A DNA stretch of 64,000 nucleotides, taken from Eledone cirrhosa (taxonomy: Eukaryota). The stretch lies in contig OZ024741.1 of NCBI GenBank assembly GCA_964016885.1, forward strand, positions 311,116,001 to 311,180,000, in the 5' to 3' direction. Below are positions 1 to 11,379 of the stretch, piece by piece. A program made the translations under genes and the position numbers. Numbering within the stretch: the stretch's first letter is position 1; each line of letters begins with the position of its first letter. The notes beneath the pieces are model-generated. The model saw only the letters and a program-made list of their open reading frames with translations. It was not told the DNA's origin and did not search any database.

Positions 1-2290
1 CCAGTTCAACACACTGAGGATAAATGTGACAACTGGAACTGCCAAGGAATTTATGAGTAACCCCTTGTTATATGCATTTAGTTCTGATCTCAGAGCTGCG
101 CGTTCCCTCCTGTATCATTCATTCCTTATCCTCTCTTTCATTCTTGCATGCTGAATGCTAGAGCCCTCATTAATCCCTAAGGATTTATAGGTTTGTTCCT
201 GCTCAAGTTCCTTTATGAATGTTTCAGCATCTAATTCAACCGAGTTTGAGTTGACAAGCTTCCCCTTCTTGAAAGTGGCTTTGGCACACTTATGAAGTTC
301 AAACTCCATTCTTTTGTCATCACTAAATCTTTTTACTGTCTGCAATATCTCTGCAATATAGCTTTAAATCTTCGATATAGAATAGGTGGTTTATTTTCTT
401 ATTGGCAATTTTGTAACCGTACCCTGTTCTATTATATTCAGATGTAACGGGTATTGAAGTTATGCAAAAGAGTTGGGCTGAAAGTGAGTCACCTTGGAAA
501 ATGTCACACTTGGTGATTATATTCTTAGAACTTTAGTACTCCATTGGAATGATATAATTGGAGGTTTGTGTTCCACAATGACATATTGTGTTTGAGGAAA
601 TTTGAAATGACAGGTGAGATTTTAAAGATGTCCAGTGATTTCAGAATCCCTGAGTGCGGTATGCTGTCAAAAGCTTTTTTGTAAATGATCCTAGCGAAGC
701 TGAGATTTCTGCATTTATTATAACAGTTCTCAAGGATCATACGTCTAATCATTAGTTGATGTTTACAACCATATGAAGCTCGTCAATACCCTTTTTGTTC
801 AATGAGAAAAAATTTGTTCTCCATAAGCACGCATGCTTTCTCCGTGCGAATAGAGTGTAATACCTTATAAGTGGTGGGCAAGCAGGTTATGGGGCGATAC
901 TTTTTTGGATCCTTAGTTTCATTCTTATTTGAGAGAATGTAAGTAATGTCACTTGATATCTAGTCAAGTATTGCTTTTTTATCTTTCATAATTCCGTTGA
1001 ACAGATTGACTAATATATTGTGAATACACGGGAGTGAGGAAAGCCAGAAATGTGGCACTCTGTCTCTACCAGGAGAGTTCCACTTATGAGCTTTATTGAG
1101 TGTCATCCTTAAGTCTGCTATAGAGATGACATCCCATGCTTGTTCTTGTAAATTTGAGTAGGATTTTTCCAAGCGACTAATCCAATCTACATTAGCATTA
1201 CATGACTTCTCATCACTCCAAATCTTTCTCCGAAAGTTTTCAACTTCTATGGAAGGAGAGTCTTCAATAATTATTTTCTCCTTCCCTATTTCTCTATTGA
1301 ATGACTTCGCAATGGATGTGAACAATTTATTTTGCCCGAAGAAGTTCTTTCGCTTCTTGAATCTACGAATTTGTTGGGTTTTTACTCGGTCTTTTTGCTT
1401 CAGAGTTTCCTTTGTTGATATTAATACTTCTCTAGAAGAAAGTTCATATTTTCTCTTTAGCTTTCTTCCTTCCTGGATCTTATATCAATTTTTGGTGATT
1501 AGCTCATTCAGTAAACATATTTCAGCCCTCTCATTAGGTTAATCTCGTTTGCAATTCTACTTCTCCAAATGATTTCATTTAAGCCAGTAAGATTAGGTTC
1601 TAATTCTTCTATGATTTCTTTTGTACCGGAATTACTTATCATTATTTGCTTTGGATTGTATTTGGGAGTTTTTGAAGTGATTCTCTATCATTTATACTAG
1701 TCTTACAACTGCAAGCTCATTCAGTATTTTCTGTTTCAATTTCTTCATAGAGTCTCGGTGTTCTTCAGAAAAAAGTTTGGTCTTCACGTACTGTTTCTCT
1801 TCTCCATTCCTGTCTATTTTCAGCAAGTTCAATAGGACTTCTCATTTCTACAAACCTATTTGAAATTTGGTCAGATGGTTGGCTTTCGATAAAGACTTGT
1901 GACTGGTTACTATCTCCAGGAGATTCTTCAGTTTTTTCATGAATTATGTATATGTCATTCTCACAGCTTGCTTGATCGCAGTTATTTCAGTATCTGTGAG
2001 TATATTATTTCTGAAAATATCCGTCCTTACATTTGCTAACTTATTTTCATCCAGATAACGTCTGCTAGCTTGATTTCGTGTTTTCCAAATTTTGTGAGAG
2101 TTTGCGGTGTATCTGCCTTGTGATGGCTTACCTAATGCATAGCAATATGCGTATATTACTTATTTATACACTTCGCGGGTCAATTTCATCTTTTTACATT
2201 TTCTTTTTGAGGTAGCTTTGGTGGGTGAGCAATGTTTCTCGAAATATTTACTTCAGATCCCGTTAATGTTGAAAGCAGCGATTCTTTTCT
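1..2290 (-). mobile_element. Degenerate R4/Dong-clade non-LTR retrotransposon (N-terminal region plus RT), runs off the window start
   Basis: Minus-strand fragments: HKWNSPGRDRVPHFWL, YRPITCLPTTYK (~865-900), YKKAFDSIPH, IFQGDSL (~485-503), MEFELHKCAK, YKSLG. Same motif order as the element at 34.3-37.6 kb; many stops and frameshifts. Confidence 0.85.
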
Positions 2291-2311
2291 TAAACTTTAA
2301 TCTGTTCTTAT

Positions 2312-2441
<130 letters not shown>

Positions 2442-2568
2442 TGTAGGAGGTGAGTTTTATTGTAGTACAATAAAGCAATGCAGATATCGGATAAGAAGCA
2501 CTCTACAGTTTGTAGGACTGGAGTATACATAATATATAAGATCAAAAGATGGTTAAATGAGTTCCATG

Positions 2569-2639
2569 TATTTTATTATGCGCATTTCAAAAACAAATAT
2601 CATCATGCAATAACATTTGTGTTTTCATCAGATAAAATA
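2569..2639 (-). ncRNA. Minimal type I hammerhead ribozyme (family A)
   Basis: Reverse complement reads tattttat CTGATGA aaacacaaat..atttgttttt GAAA tgcgca TA ataaaata: 8-bp stem I, stem II, palindromic stem III. Confidence 0.85.
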
Positions 2640-3685
2640 GGAGGACATGATATGAAGGTTAAAAAACACTTGTGGATAGTGCAGTTTTAGATCAACATAT
2701 GAAAAGTAGTTTTAGATTGATGTGTGATATTGGGGAAACATTTTTTGAGGGGGGGGAGGTTGGAAAGGATGAAAAAGAGGAGGAGATGAGAGTAAAAAGT
2801 GGAGGGGGAGGAGTATAGTGAGGAAGGATGAGATATGAGGAGAGATGGGTGATAGAGAGAGAGAGAGAGATAGCTTTTATAACTGAGAAAAATATATTGT
2901 TTTACATAGAGAGGTTGAAAAAACCGTTGGAAGATAATGTATAAATTAAAAGAATTTGAAAATTAACGAAGAGAAAAATAATGTAAAGTTAAGGTTTGTA
3001 TATTGAAGGATTTCATAATATGTGCGATGAAAAGAAATTATTAATATGTATTAAGACTAATATTTAAGGGTTTAATAATATGTGCGATGGAAAGAAAATG
3101 TTAATATGTATTAAGAATAATATTTAAGGGTTTAATAATATGTGCGATGGAAAGAAAATGTTAATATGTATTAAGAATAATATTTAAGGGTTTAATAATA
3201 TGTGCGATGGAAAGAAAATGTTGATATGTATTATTAAAATCAGAAGTAATGTAAGTAAGGATATATTGTGAGATGAGCATGAATAAGTTAGATGAAAGGG
3301 AGAAAAAAATAATGTAAAGTTATAACTGACACCAATTCCTTCACCTCCTTTAAAGGTCGTCTTTATAATCATCATTCGTCTTTTAAATATAAACTTAAAA
3401 GAACCAACACGGCTCTCTCAGAACTCATATGGTCATTGAAAGACAAAAATATTAAATATAACATCTCTTGGAAAAAGGTTTCCTCTGCTTCCGTGAACAG
3501 TTCTCTATCCAAGACTTGCAATCTCTGTCTAAATGAAAAATTTACCATTATTTCTAATTTAGATTCTATAATAAATAGACGCACTGACTTGTTTTCTATC
3601 TACTTGCATAAATTCCACAGAACTTTCCATAAAGTATACAGCTAATATGATAAACTTTATCAATTCAGAATCCTTTTCTCAAAGG

Positions 3686-3748
<63 letters not shown>

Positions 3749-4530
3749 TTCTTTAAAAATATACCCATCTTTCTACCTTATTTCAAAGTTATTTATTATA
3801 TTTATTATATTCTACATCACTCCTAATTTCTAACCCCTAATCTGTACCTTTTCTCACTGTGCCTAACATAGAAACAATTATTACACAATACACCATATTC
3901 TTACTTCATATCACCATGAAAAAATCCTTCGTAAACATAAACATTTTTTAACGTTAGATTATTCATCCTCTATTCATTATTTTTTCTCCCTTTCATCTAA
4001 CTTATTCATGCTCATCTCACAATATATCCTTACTTACATTACTTCTGTTTTTTTAATAATACATATCAACATTTTCTTTCCATCGCACATATTATTAAAC
4101 CCTTAAATATTATTCTTAATACATATTAACAATTTCTTTTCATCGCACATATTATTAAACCCTTCAATATACAAACCTTAACTTTACATTATTTTTCTCT
4201 TCGTTAATTTTCAAATTCTTTTAATTTATACATTATCTTCCAACGGTTTTTTCAACCTCTCTATGTAAAACAATATATTTTTCTCAGTTATAAAAGCTAT
4301 CTCTCTCTCTCTCTCTATCACCCATCTCTCCTCATATCTCATCCTTCCTCACTATACTCCTCCCCCTCCACTTTTTACTCTCATCTCCTCCTCTTTTTCA
4401 TCCTTTCCAACCTCCCACCCTCACAAATTTTTTTCCCCAATATCACACATCAATCTAAAACTACTTTTCATATGTTGATCTAAAACTGCACTATCCACAA
4501 GTGTTTTTTAAACTTCATATCATGTCCTCC

Positions 4531-4600
4531 TATTTTATCTGATGAAAACCAAATGTTATTGCATGATGATATTTGTTTTTGAAATGCGCATAATAAAATA
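4531..4600 (+). ncRNA. Minimal type I hammerhead ribozyme (family A)
   Basis: tattttat CTGATGA aaaccaaat..atttgttttt GAAA tgcgca TA ataaaata; predicted cleavage after 4592. Confidence 0.85.
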
Positions 4601-4637
4601 CATGGAACTCATTTAACCATCTTTTGATATTATATAT

Positions 4638-4725
<88 letters not shown>

Positions 4726-4799
4726 CGAAGCAGCACAGAAGTATTGACATAAATACTTTCTTGTTCACAGGTGTTTTTAGGCATCATATCATGTTTCCT

Positions 4800-4870
4800 T
4801 ATTTTATCTGATGAAAACGCAATTGTCGTCCCAGGATGATATTTGTTTTTGAAATGCGCATAATAAAATA
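4800..4870 (+). ncRNA. Minimal type I hammerhead ribozyme (family A variant)
   Basis: Same core and stems I/III; distal stem II changed to tgtcgtcc-ca-ggatgata, which still pairs; predicted cleavage after 4862. Confidence 0.85.
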
Positions 4871-4942
4871 TATGTAACTTTTTTAACCATCATTCAACTT
4901 CTATATATATATATATATATTTCGTTTAAATATAAAGCATAA

Positions 4943-5002
<60 letters not shown>

Positions 5003-5070
5003 TTCATCAGATAAAATAAGTAAACATGATATGATGCCTAAAAACACCTGTGAACAACAAAGTATCCAGT

Positions 5071-5118
<48 letters not shown>

Positions 5119-5186
5119 TTCATCAGATAAAATAAGTAAACATGATATGATGCCTAAAAACACCTGTGAACAACAAAGTATCCAGT

Positions 5187-5219
<33 letters not shown>

Positions 5220-5224
<5 letters not shown>

Positions 5225-5785
5225 AGTTATTCCGGGTTGAATTGGAGGTAACCACCGTAAGTAGGTACTCGATACATAGCAGAGTATAAATGCTTTAATA
5301 TAGATGAGATTCTATAGGACTAGAACTGTTTCATTCTTGAGAAATCATCAGGAATATGACTGTCCAAATAAATATGGTGGTATATATCTATTCTGGTGGT
5401 AGGAGAGGGTGGGGAGTGGGATGGGTGGAGGTCATTGGTTGAAAGAAAAGGGAATTCATTAAAAGCTAATTCTTTAAAGCTATAATTTATATTTAGAGTG
5501 ACAAAGGCAGAATGATTTCTATAAACAAATTCAAATTAGGGTGCCACTCCTTATTTTTAAGTTTCTCTTAAGCCAACAATGCCTATATTTCAGGTGTCTA
5601 TAAGATGGTTGGGGTCAGTAATGGTTGATGGGTTTAAAGAAAAGGGAAATTCTTTAAAACCTAATTCTTGAAAGCTCTAATTAGAGTGACAAAGGCAGAG
5701 AGAATTCTATTAACCAGTTCAAATATTGGGTGCCTGACCTTATTGTCATGTTTCTCGAAGCTGTATTTCCTGTGTCTACAGACAT
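5220..5785 (-). mobile_element. PLE 3' terminus/pLTR (family B) with ~190-bp internal tandem duplication
   Basis: Minus strand starts with CRHRKYSFEK (GIY-YIG tail-like); 5430-5545 resembles 5625-5735; contains a hammerhead motif; flanked by TA arrays. Confidence 0.6.
5307..5357 (-). ncRNA. Hammerhead-like motif (family B); degenerate plus-strand copy at 19978-20028
   Basis: Reverse complement atattc CTGATGA tttctcaagaat GAAA cagttctagtccta TA gaatct. The 19978 copy has intact stems (agattc/gaatct, cag/ctg) but core gtaatga. Confidence 0.6.
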
Positions 5786-5837
5786 ATTCACATACACACA
5801 CACACATATATAAATATTTATATACAAACATATACAA

Positions 5838-5917
<80 letters not shown>

Positions 5918-5921
<4 letters not shown>

Positions 5922-6480
5922 CGTTTCTGAATTTGTTTAGCAAGATGCTTTATCTGAAAACGTGTGTTGAAACCGATATTGTTATACTTTAGGAGGGTCA
6001 TGTTGCCAATAAGAAACACACGCACCAGTAGTTTCACTTCAATTTATTATAATAAATTTATAAATTTAGGAATTTATAAATTTCCGGTTGGTTGGTTGGT
6101 TCCACAACCAGATGGTTGTTTATATATTGTCAAAGTTCTTTCGTCACACATTCTGTGACCTCTTCAGTGACTGGGGATTCTTTTCTTTGTTTTTTGTGCC
6201 TCTCCTTTGTTCTGTCCTACGCCATCTTGTTTTGTGTGTGTTGTGTGCTTAGTTTGCGCATGTGTTACATCCAGATGTCTGTGTGTGTTTATATTCGTTT
6301 ATTTATTTGTTTATTTACATGTTACTGGTTGGTTGTTTGTTCTATTTGCGTGTGTGTTTTCATTTTGTCCTTAATTGTAAGTTGTGATGTTGCTGTTCCA
6401 TTCATGTTTTCTATTTAGTTTTGCTTGTAATTCATTTATGTTTATTGCCTCTGTGATTTGTCTAAACATTGCGTCTTTTA
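5918..6480 (-). mobile_element. PLE family C 3' end (same family as 62836-64000)
   Basis: High nucleotide similarity to 62836-63445, including the KDAMFRQITEA..KLNRK tail and hammerhead. Confidence 0.85.
6129..6172 (-). ncRNA. Hammerhead motif (family C)
   Basis: Reverse complement gtca CTGAAGA g gtcac agaatgt gtgac GAAA gaac TT tgac. Confidence 0.7.
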
Positions 6481-6519
6481 AAAGACGCAATGTTTAGACA
6501 AATCACAAGAGACATACAG

Positions 6520-9500
6520 ATACATATGTATATATCGATGCACAGTGGGGTGACATCCATTATAATATTTTTACATGGCAATTTAAATTCAAAAATTAAA
6601 ATCATATTAAAACATATTAAAACAGAATCAAAGCAAAATTAAAGTTAAAATACAACATCGGCAGTTTACGTAGATAATGCAAGAGGATAGTTTGTTAGTC
6701 AGTTGAAGTAGTTAGTGCATGCAATAGTTACACGTGGGGCATCCACGTGTGTCTTATTTATATAAGATTATTGTGCGGCAAGGTGTTATATGCAATACAA
6801 GCACTTTAAGCGGGTAATCAAGAGTATTATGGAGGTTGTAGTGGTAAAGTATTTTTTGTGTATGATAAAGAAGCCTGTGTGCAGAGAAATATTATAAATG
6901 AGAAGCAAAATAATGTTATACTTTTTGTATACACCACCATTTTCACAGTTCAGGAGACGTAATATATAGTTTATATATCCTTCACATAATTAACGATGAT
7001 TCAGTATTGGATGTTTGATGTATTAAGTTAAATTATTACAGTTGTTGCGGATCAGTGTTCTTTAATCCAATTTTATAGAGCAGGTTGTTTTTGTTGTGAG
7101 AATTTACATCGTTTTATTTTCCGGAAGTATGTGTGTGATTAAGGGGAGTTAATGCGTGAGGGGAGGTAACTAGCTGATTCCTATAACTAAATGTATTATT
7201 CCAATGTACATTAAAATGTGTCTCAATTGAGTCCCTTATATATATGGTTATATACAGTTTCCAAATTTAAGTATCCCATCTTTAAATTACAGTCTACTCT
7301 ATCAAGAAATACTAAAGGTATCTATATTAGGATGATTACTCCCTATCATAGAGTGTTACAACTGAATATTCCATACGAAGAGTCAGATCTCCATATCAAT
7401 GTTCTTTGTAAATGTAGTCTACTCACAGAACCTGACAGGGTCTTCTTAGAACCACGTCTATATATAACCCCTGGTAAGCTCTGGGTCAGCGCATGGCTGA
7501 TTGCATGGCAAAGTTAAATATCTCTAGGGTAGACCAAAGAGCAATTCTCACTTACAATGTCATTAATCTGTCTATCAAGTTATACATGTATGTATAACTC
7601 ATATACCACTTGTACATAATTCATTGTACTCAACATATAGGTTATATAGCTCTTTTATGTTAATAAATTAATCTTCTCTTTATCTAATGATAGCACTCCA
7701 TACATACAACAACATTTGCACAAATAATTCAGTGTTTAAAGTCTACATATAATTATATAGTGATATAATGTAGTCTAAGTAATTGAAGGTAATTATACTA
7801 AAAGTAGGTGTACATGGGGATAATTCTAGGGTAAAAGGTTTTAGATAGATGTCACGAATTGAGTTAAGATAGGGTGGATCATTGAGTATGGAGTTGCGGT
7901 GTAAGGTGTGCCCTTGAGGTGTGTTGCTAGAAGTGGTGATGGGTTCAAGTCTGACATTGCTATATATTGGGTTTAAAGTTTTGGAAGGAGTGTCGGAAGC
8001 GGTGCTGGCATGACGCGAACACTTCTGATTTTTTTTATTAAGGAGGTTATGGTTTGAGAAGATAATAGTATGGGTCTCCAGTAGACAGAGGTTACAAAAT
8101 TGATTAGGTGGTTTGTACGATGTCGCCTTACCTATCACTTCCCATTCAAGTGTATAAGATCTATTTTTAGTTTTTAGATAGTGTATGTAGCTAGATAGGG
8201 AAGTGGAGTTGGCTAGACTGTGTTTTTTGAAAGAATGGAGGTGCGAACTGTATCTGGTTTTGAAGCAGTTTGAAGTAGAGCCTATATAGGTTTCAGAAGA
8301 GTTGCTAGTTGTGACGGTGCATGAGTATATGATATCCTTGATTAAGCATTTTTTATCTAAAGGGAAGGTTCTATTAGATCTACAGTTACAATTATTTCGG
8401 ATGTTACCTGCCGGTTATTATGTTGTGTATAAGTCTGGATGGTAGCTGTAGGATTATGGTTATGGGGGTTGTCGTTCCCAGCGTTATTGCTTACACTAGT
8501 GCTATTACTATTATTACTATTGTTATCAGGGTTAGTTGATATGATGTTATTTTGAAGGTTTACCCCCTGTTGTGGTTTAGTTTTTTGGAAGTAAGAATTA
8601 ATTTTTTTTTTATTGCTACTATGTTAGGTGTGGTAGAGTAGGAAATTTTAATTGTGTTTTTGTTTAAAAGGCTATGGTACTTGTGGCCAGATGGGAAGTT
8701 TTTATCTATGAGCGAGAAGAAAGACTTAGGTAGATTGGTAGAGACGTTTAGATTGAAAGGAGGGTTGAAAAATGTATTATTTCTTCTTCTATTTTTGTTT
8801 TATATTTCTGGTGAGATGTTTCCGTTTATGGTACTATGGTAACTTCTGTTGTGTGGGTTACTTTTGTTGGCATCCTTCGTATTTGTGTGTGTGTGGTTGC
8901 TATTCTTATTACTATTTTTTCTCGTGGACATGTGCGAAATAATGTTGTAGCTATGTGTTTTTGTAGGTAGGAACTCAATCTCCTTATTGTGGCCTGATCT
9001 AGCTAATGCCTGATTATAATATTGCGAGTTTTTGCTAAATATGTTTACATCATAGGATAGATTAGAGATTCTATTGGATACTCCCTTAGAGATAGAGTTT
9101 AATATTGATCTATGGGGGTTAGACTTGGTATCTACGTAAATCAGTTTTTCGTTAGGTTTATGGAATGGTGTATATATCCTTGAGTCTAGGTAGAGGGTGG
9201 CGTCTAGGAAGTTAACGTTTTTAGTGTTTTTGTCTATGGTGATACTTAGGTTATAGTTTTTGAAAGTCTTGTGCAATAGTTTTCTAGTTCTTTCTATATT
9301 GATTTTTTTATAGTCTATAAGTAGAAGTGCATCATGGCAGGTCCTTATGGATTTCGTTAAGTAAATATAGGCCGACCAAATCAGTGACCTGCGCCGAGTC
9401 ACTAGATACCATGGTTATGTCGAATTTGTTTTGCGTATCCTTGCGGGTCCATAATTGGTCTTCAAAGGTGATTACGGTTTTATGGGCCGCAAGTATGACA

Positions 9501-9735
9501 TCAATCTGGGGTCTAGTCAGGTCACTATTGTTCATGGCCATGATTAGTGCCTTATTTAATAGGATAGGGGAAATAGGGGTGTAGTATGAATTGATATCAA
9601 ATTGAATAAATTTTTTATCTTTGTTTTCCTTGATATCTTTGAACCATTCAATAACTTCACCCGTATGTCCCCATTGTTTAAGGTATATCTTGTGTTTAAT
9701 CTGTGGGATGATTTTATCTAAAATTTTCTTACTGA
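6520..9735 (-). mobile_element. 5'-truncated Penelope-like element: RT, thumb, GIY-YIG and long 3' UTR, degenerate
   Basis: ORFs 9332-9772 (KQW..VIEWFK..FIQFDINSYY..FDITMVSSDSAQVTDLVGLYLL) and 8800-9402 (VNFLDATL..PFHKPNE..YV..SNPH), then FNPPF and CNC..CLIKDIIYSCTV..YIGSTSNCFK..CNLCLLE at ~7990-8400. Left boundary approximate. Confidence 0.9.
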
Positions 9736-10059
9736 TAATATATATGTATGTATATGTGTGTATACACATCACTCAGTCAAACGACCAGATTTCAACCCCA
9801 ACATCTACAACAACAACACCGGCACTAATGTTTACAGCAACAACAGCTTCAGAATGAATTAAAATTAACATTTACAACAACAACAACAACAGCGGCATCA
9901 AACGATAAAAAACAACAACCCACAAACAAACAAAAAAACTCAAAATAACAAAACACACACACACGCACACAACACAACAACATCAACTGCCACCACCACC
10001 ACCACCACCACCGACGCCATCACCATCACCAGCGACCGGGCCTTAAGAAAACAACTTTA

Positions 10060-10315
10060 ATAATTGTTTCTACTTTTGGTAAAAGGCCAGCAAATATCCA
10101 GTGTTTTACTGGTACTTTATTTTATCGACCCCATAAGGATGAAAGGTAAAGTTAACCTCAACTTTAATAATAATAATTTTTCTGCTTTTGGCACGGATCC
10201 AGCGCATTACTGGTACACTCTTTTGTTGACTCCGTGGGGATGAAAGGCAAGGTTGACCTCGGCGGGATTTAAGCTCAGAGCGTGGAGAGCCATAGCTCTA
10301 TGCTGTAAAGCAATT
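10060..10315 (-). mobile_element. Two partial tRNA-derived SINE copies
   Basis: Reverse complement of the family signature aaatcccgccgaggtyaactttgcctttcatcc..gtcgataaaataaagtaccag. Confidence 0.8.
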
Positions 10316-10412
10316 ATAATAATACTGGACTGTAATACGAACGGCTTCAACCATACGAACTCTTGAAAGTCAACAGTTAATATAATCTTGTAATCTTGTA
10401 TCAGTAATGACG

Positions 10413-10467
<55 letters not shown>

Positions 10468-10619
10468 AAGTGAGTAGCGTGTGTGTGTTTGTTTGTATGT
10501 ATGAGTGTTGCTGTGTGCGCGCTTATGTATGCGTGTGTGCGCGCGCGTATGTATGCGCGTCTGTGTATGTCGTACGTATAAGTGTCAATAAGTGAGTTGT
10601 TTTTTTTTGTTTTTTTTTT

Positions 10620-10900
10620 ACGCGGGGATATAGAAATAATCGGGCTGGATGCCCGATCGCGCAGTTAAACCACTGGGAGTGAAGAACCCCTAGCCCTTGT
10701 CAGGGCATTCTTCTAGGAGAAGGCATCTCAGGAGACTGGGTTAACTCCGACATAAAACCTGAGGCTCAGTATACCGATGATGTTGATCTTTTCTTCTTTT
10801 CGGGTTATAGCTACTGTCGCTCAGAGAGTGGCATTGGCTCAGTGCACAGTCTTTCCTCACTTTAAAAAATATTCGTCACGCACAGGCATTGCACGAGTAC
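10620..10900 (+). mobile_element. RTE-type 5' UTR fragment
   Basis: Shares cccctagcc..ttgtca.ggca..ttctaggagaagg and gagagtgg..tggct..gtgca..ctcact.taaaa..cacaggcattgc with 17585-17775. Confidence 0.5.
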
Positions 10901-10919
10901 ATTAATAATTATTAATAGT

Positions 10920-10963
<44 letters not shown>

Positions 10964-10964
10964 G

Positions 10965-11158
10965 TATGGATTGGCTGTATCGGTAGAGGGTCGGACGCCA
11001 TGCTTTCCAGCATAGTTACGTCCCTTTTACGATCTGATTTCAAATCCCGCCGAGGTTGACTTTGCCTTTCATCCTTACGGGATCGATAAAATAAAGTACC
11101 AGTAATGAACTGGGTATTTGCTGGCCTTGTGCCTAAAGTAGAAACAATTATTATTATT
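10965..11158 (+). mobile_element. tRNA-derived SINE
   Basis: A-box-like tggctgtatcgg, B-box-like gatttcaaatcc, conserved body, (ATT)n tail. Confidence 0.85.
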
Positions 11159-11338
11159 GTTCTTTGAGTCTCAGTTAACTGGAAAGTTTGTTGAAGTGAA
11201 TATCAAGCCACTACCTGCAGCCTCAGATATTCAGGACGTATCGGAGGGTTCTTGCTGTTCCCACCAAGCATGCCTTTTGAAGCGCTCCAAAAAGCGTGGC
11301 GGGGCCAATTTTCTTTAACCATTCCTGGAAACTTTTTG
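11159..11338 (-). mobile_element. 3' end of an R4/Dong element (same family as 34.3-37.7 kb)
   Basis: FQEWLKKIGPATLFGALQKACLVGTARTLRYVLNI* plus 3' UTR ggctgcaggtagtggcttgatattc, near-identical to 37525-37710; flanked by (ATT)n. Confidence 0.92.
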
Positions 11339-11379
11339 AGATTATTATTATTGTTACTATTATTGTCACTATTATTATT

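Larger units (their letters stand above)
2442..4900 (+). mobile_element. 5'-truncated Penelope-like element (family A) with inverted pLTR copy on its left
   Basis: GIY-YIG C-terminus at ~3400-3645 (SELIWSLKDKNIKYNISWKK..CNLCLNEKF..INRRTDLF), then a 3' UTR whose reverse complement is at ~2533-3314. Confidence 0.8.

Noticed and set aside
3015-3235. Regular 60-bp repeats resembling a CRISPR array
   Set aside because: Pure tandem copies without unique spacers, eukaryotic context, no cas genes.
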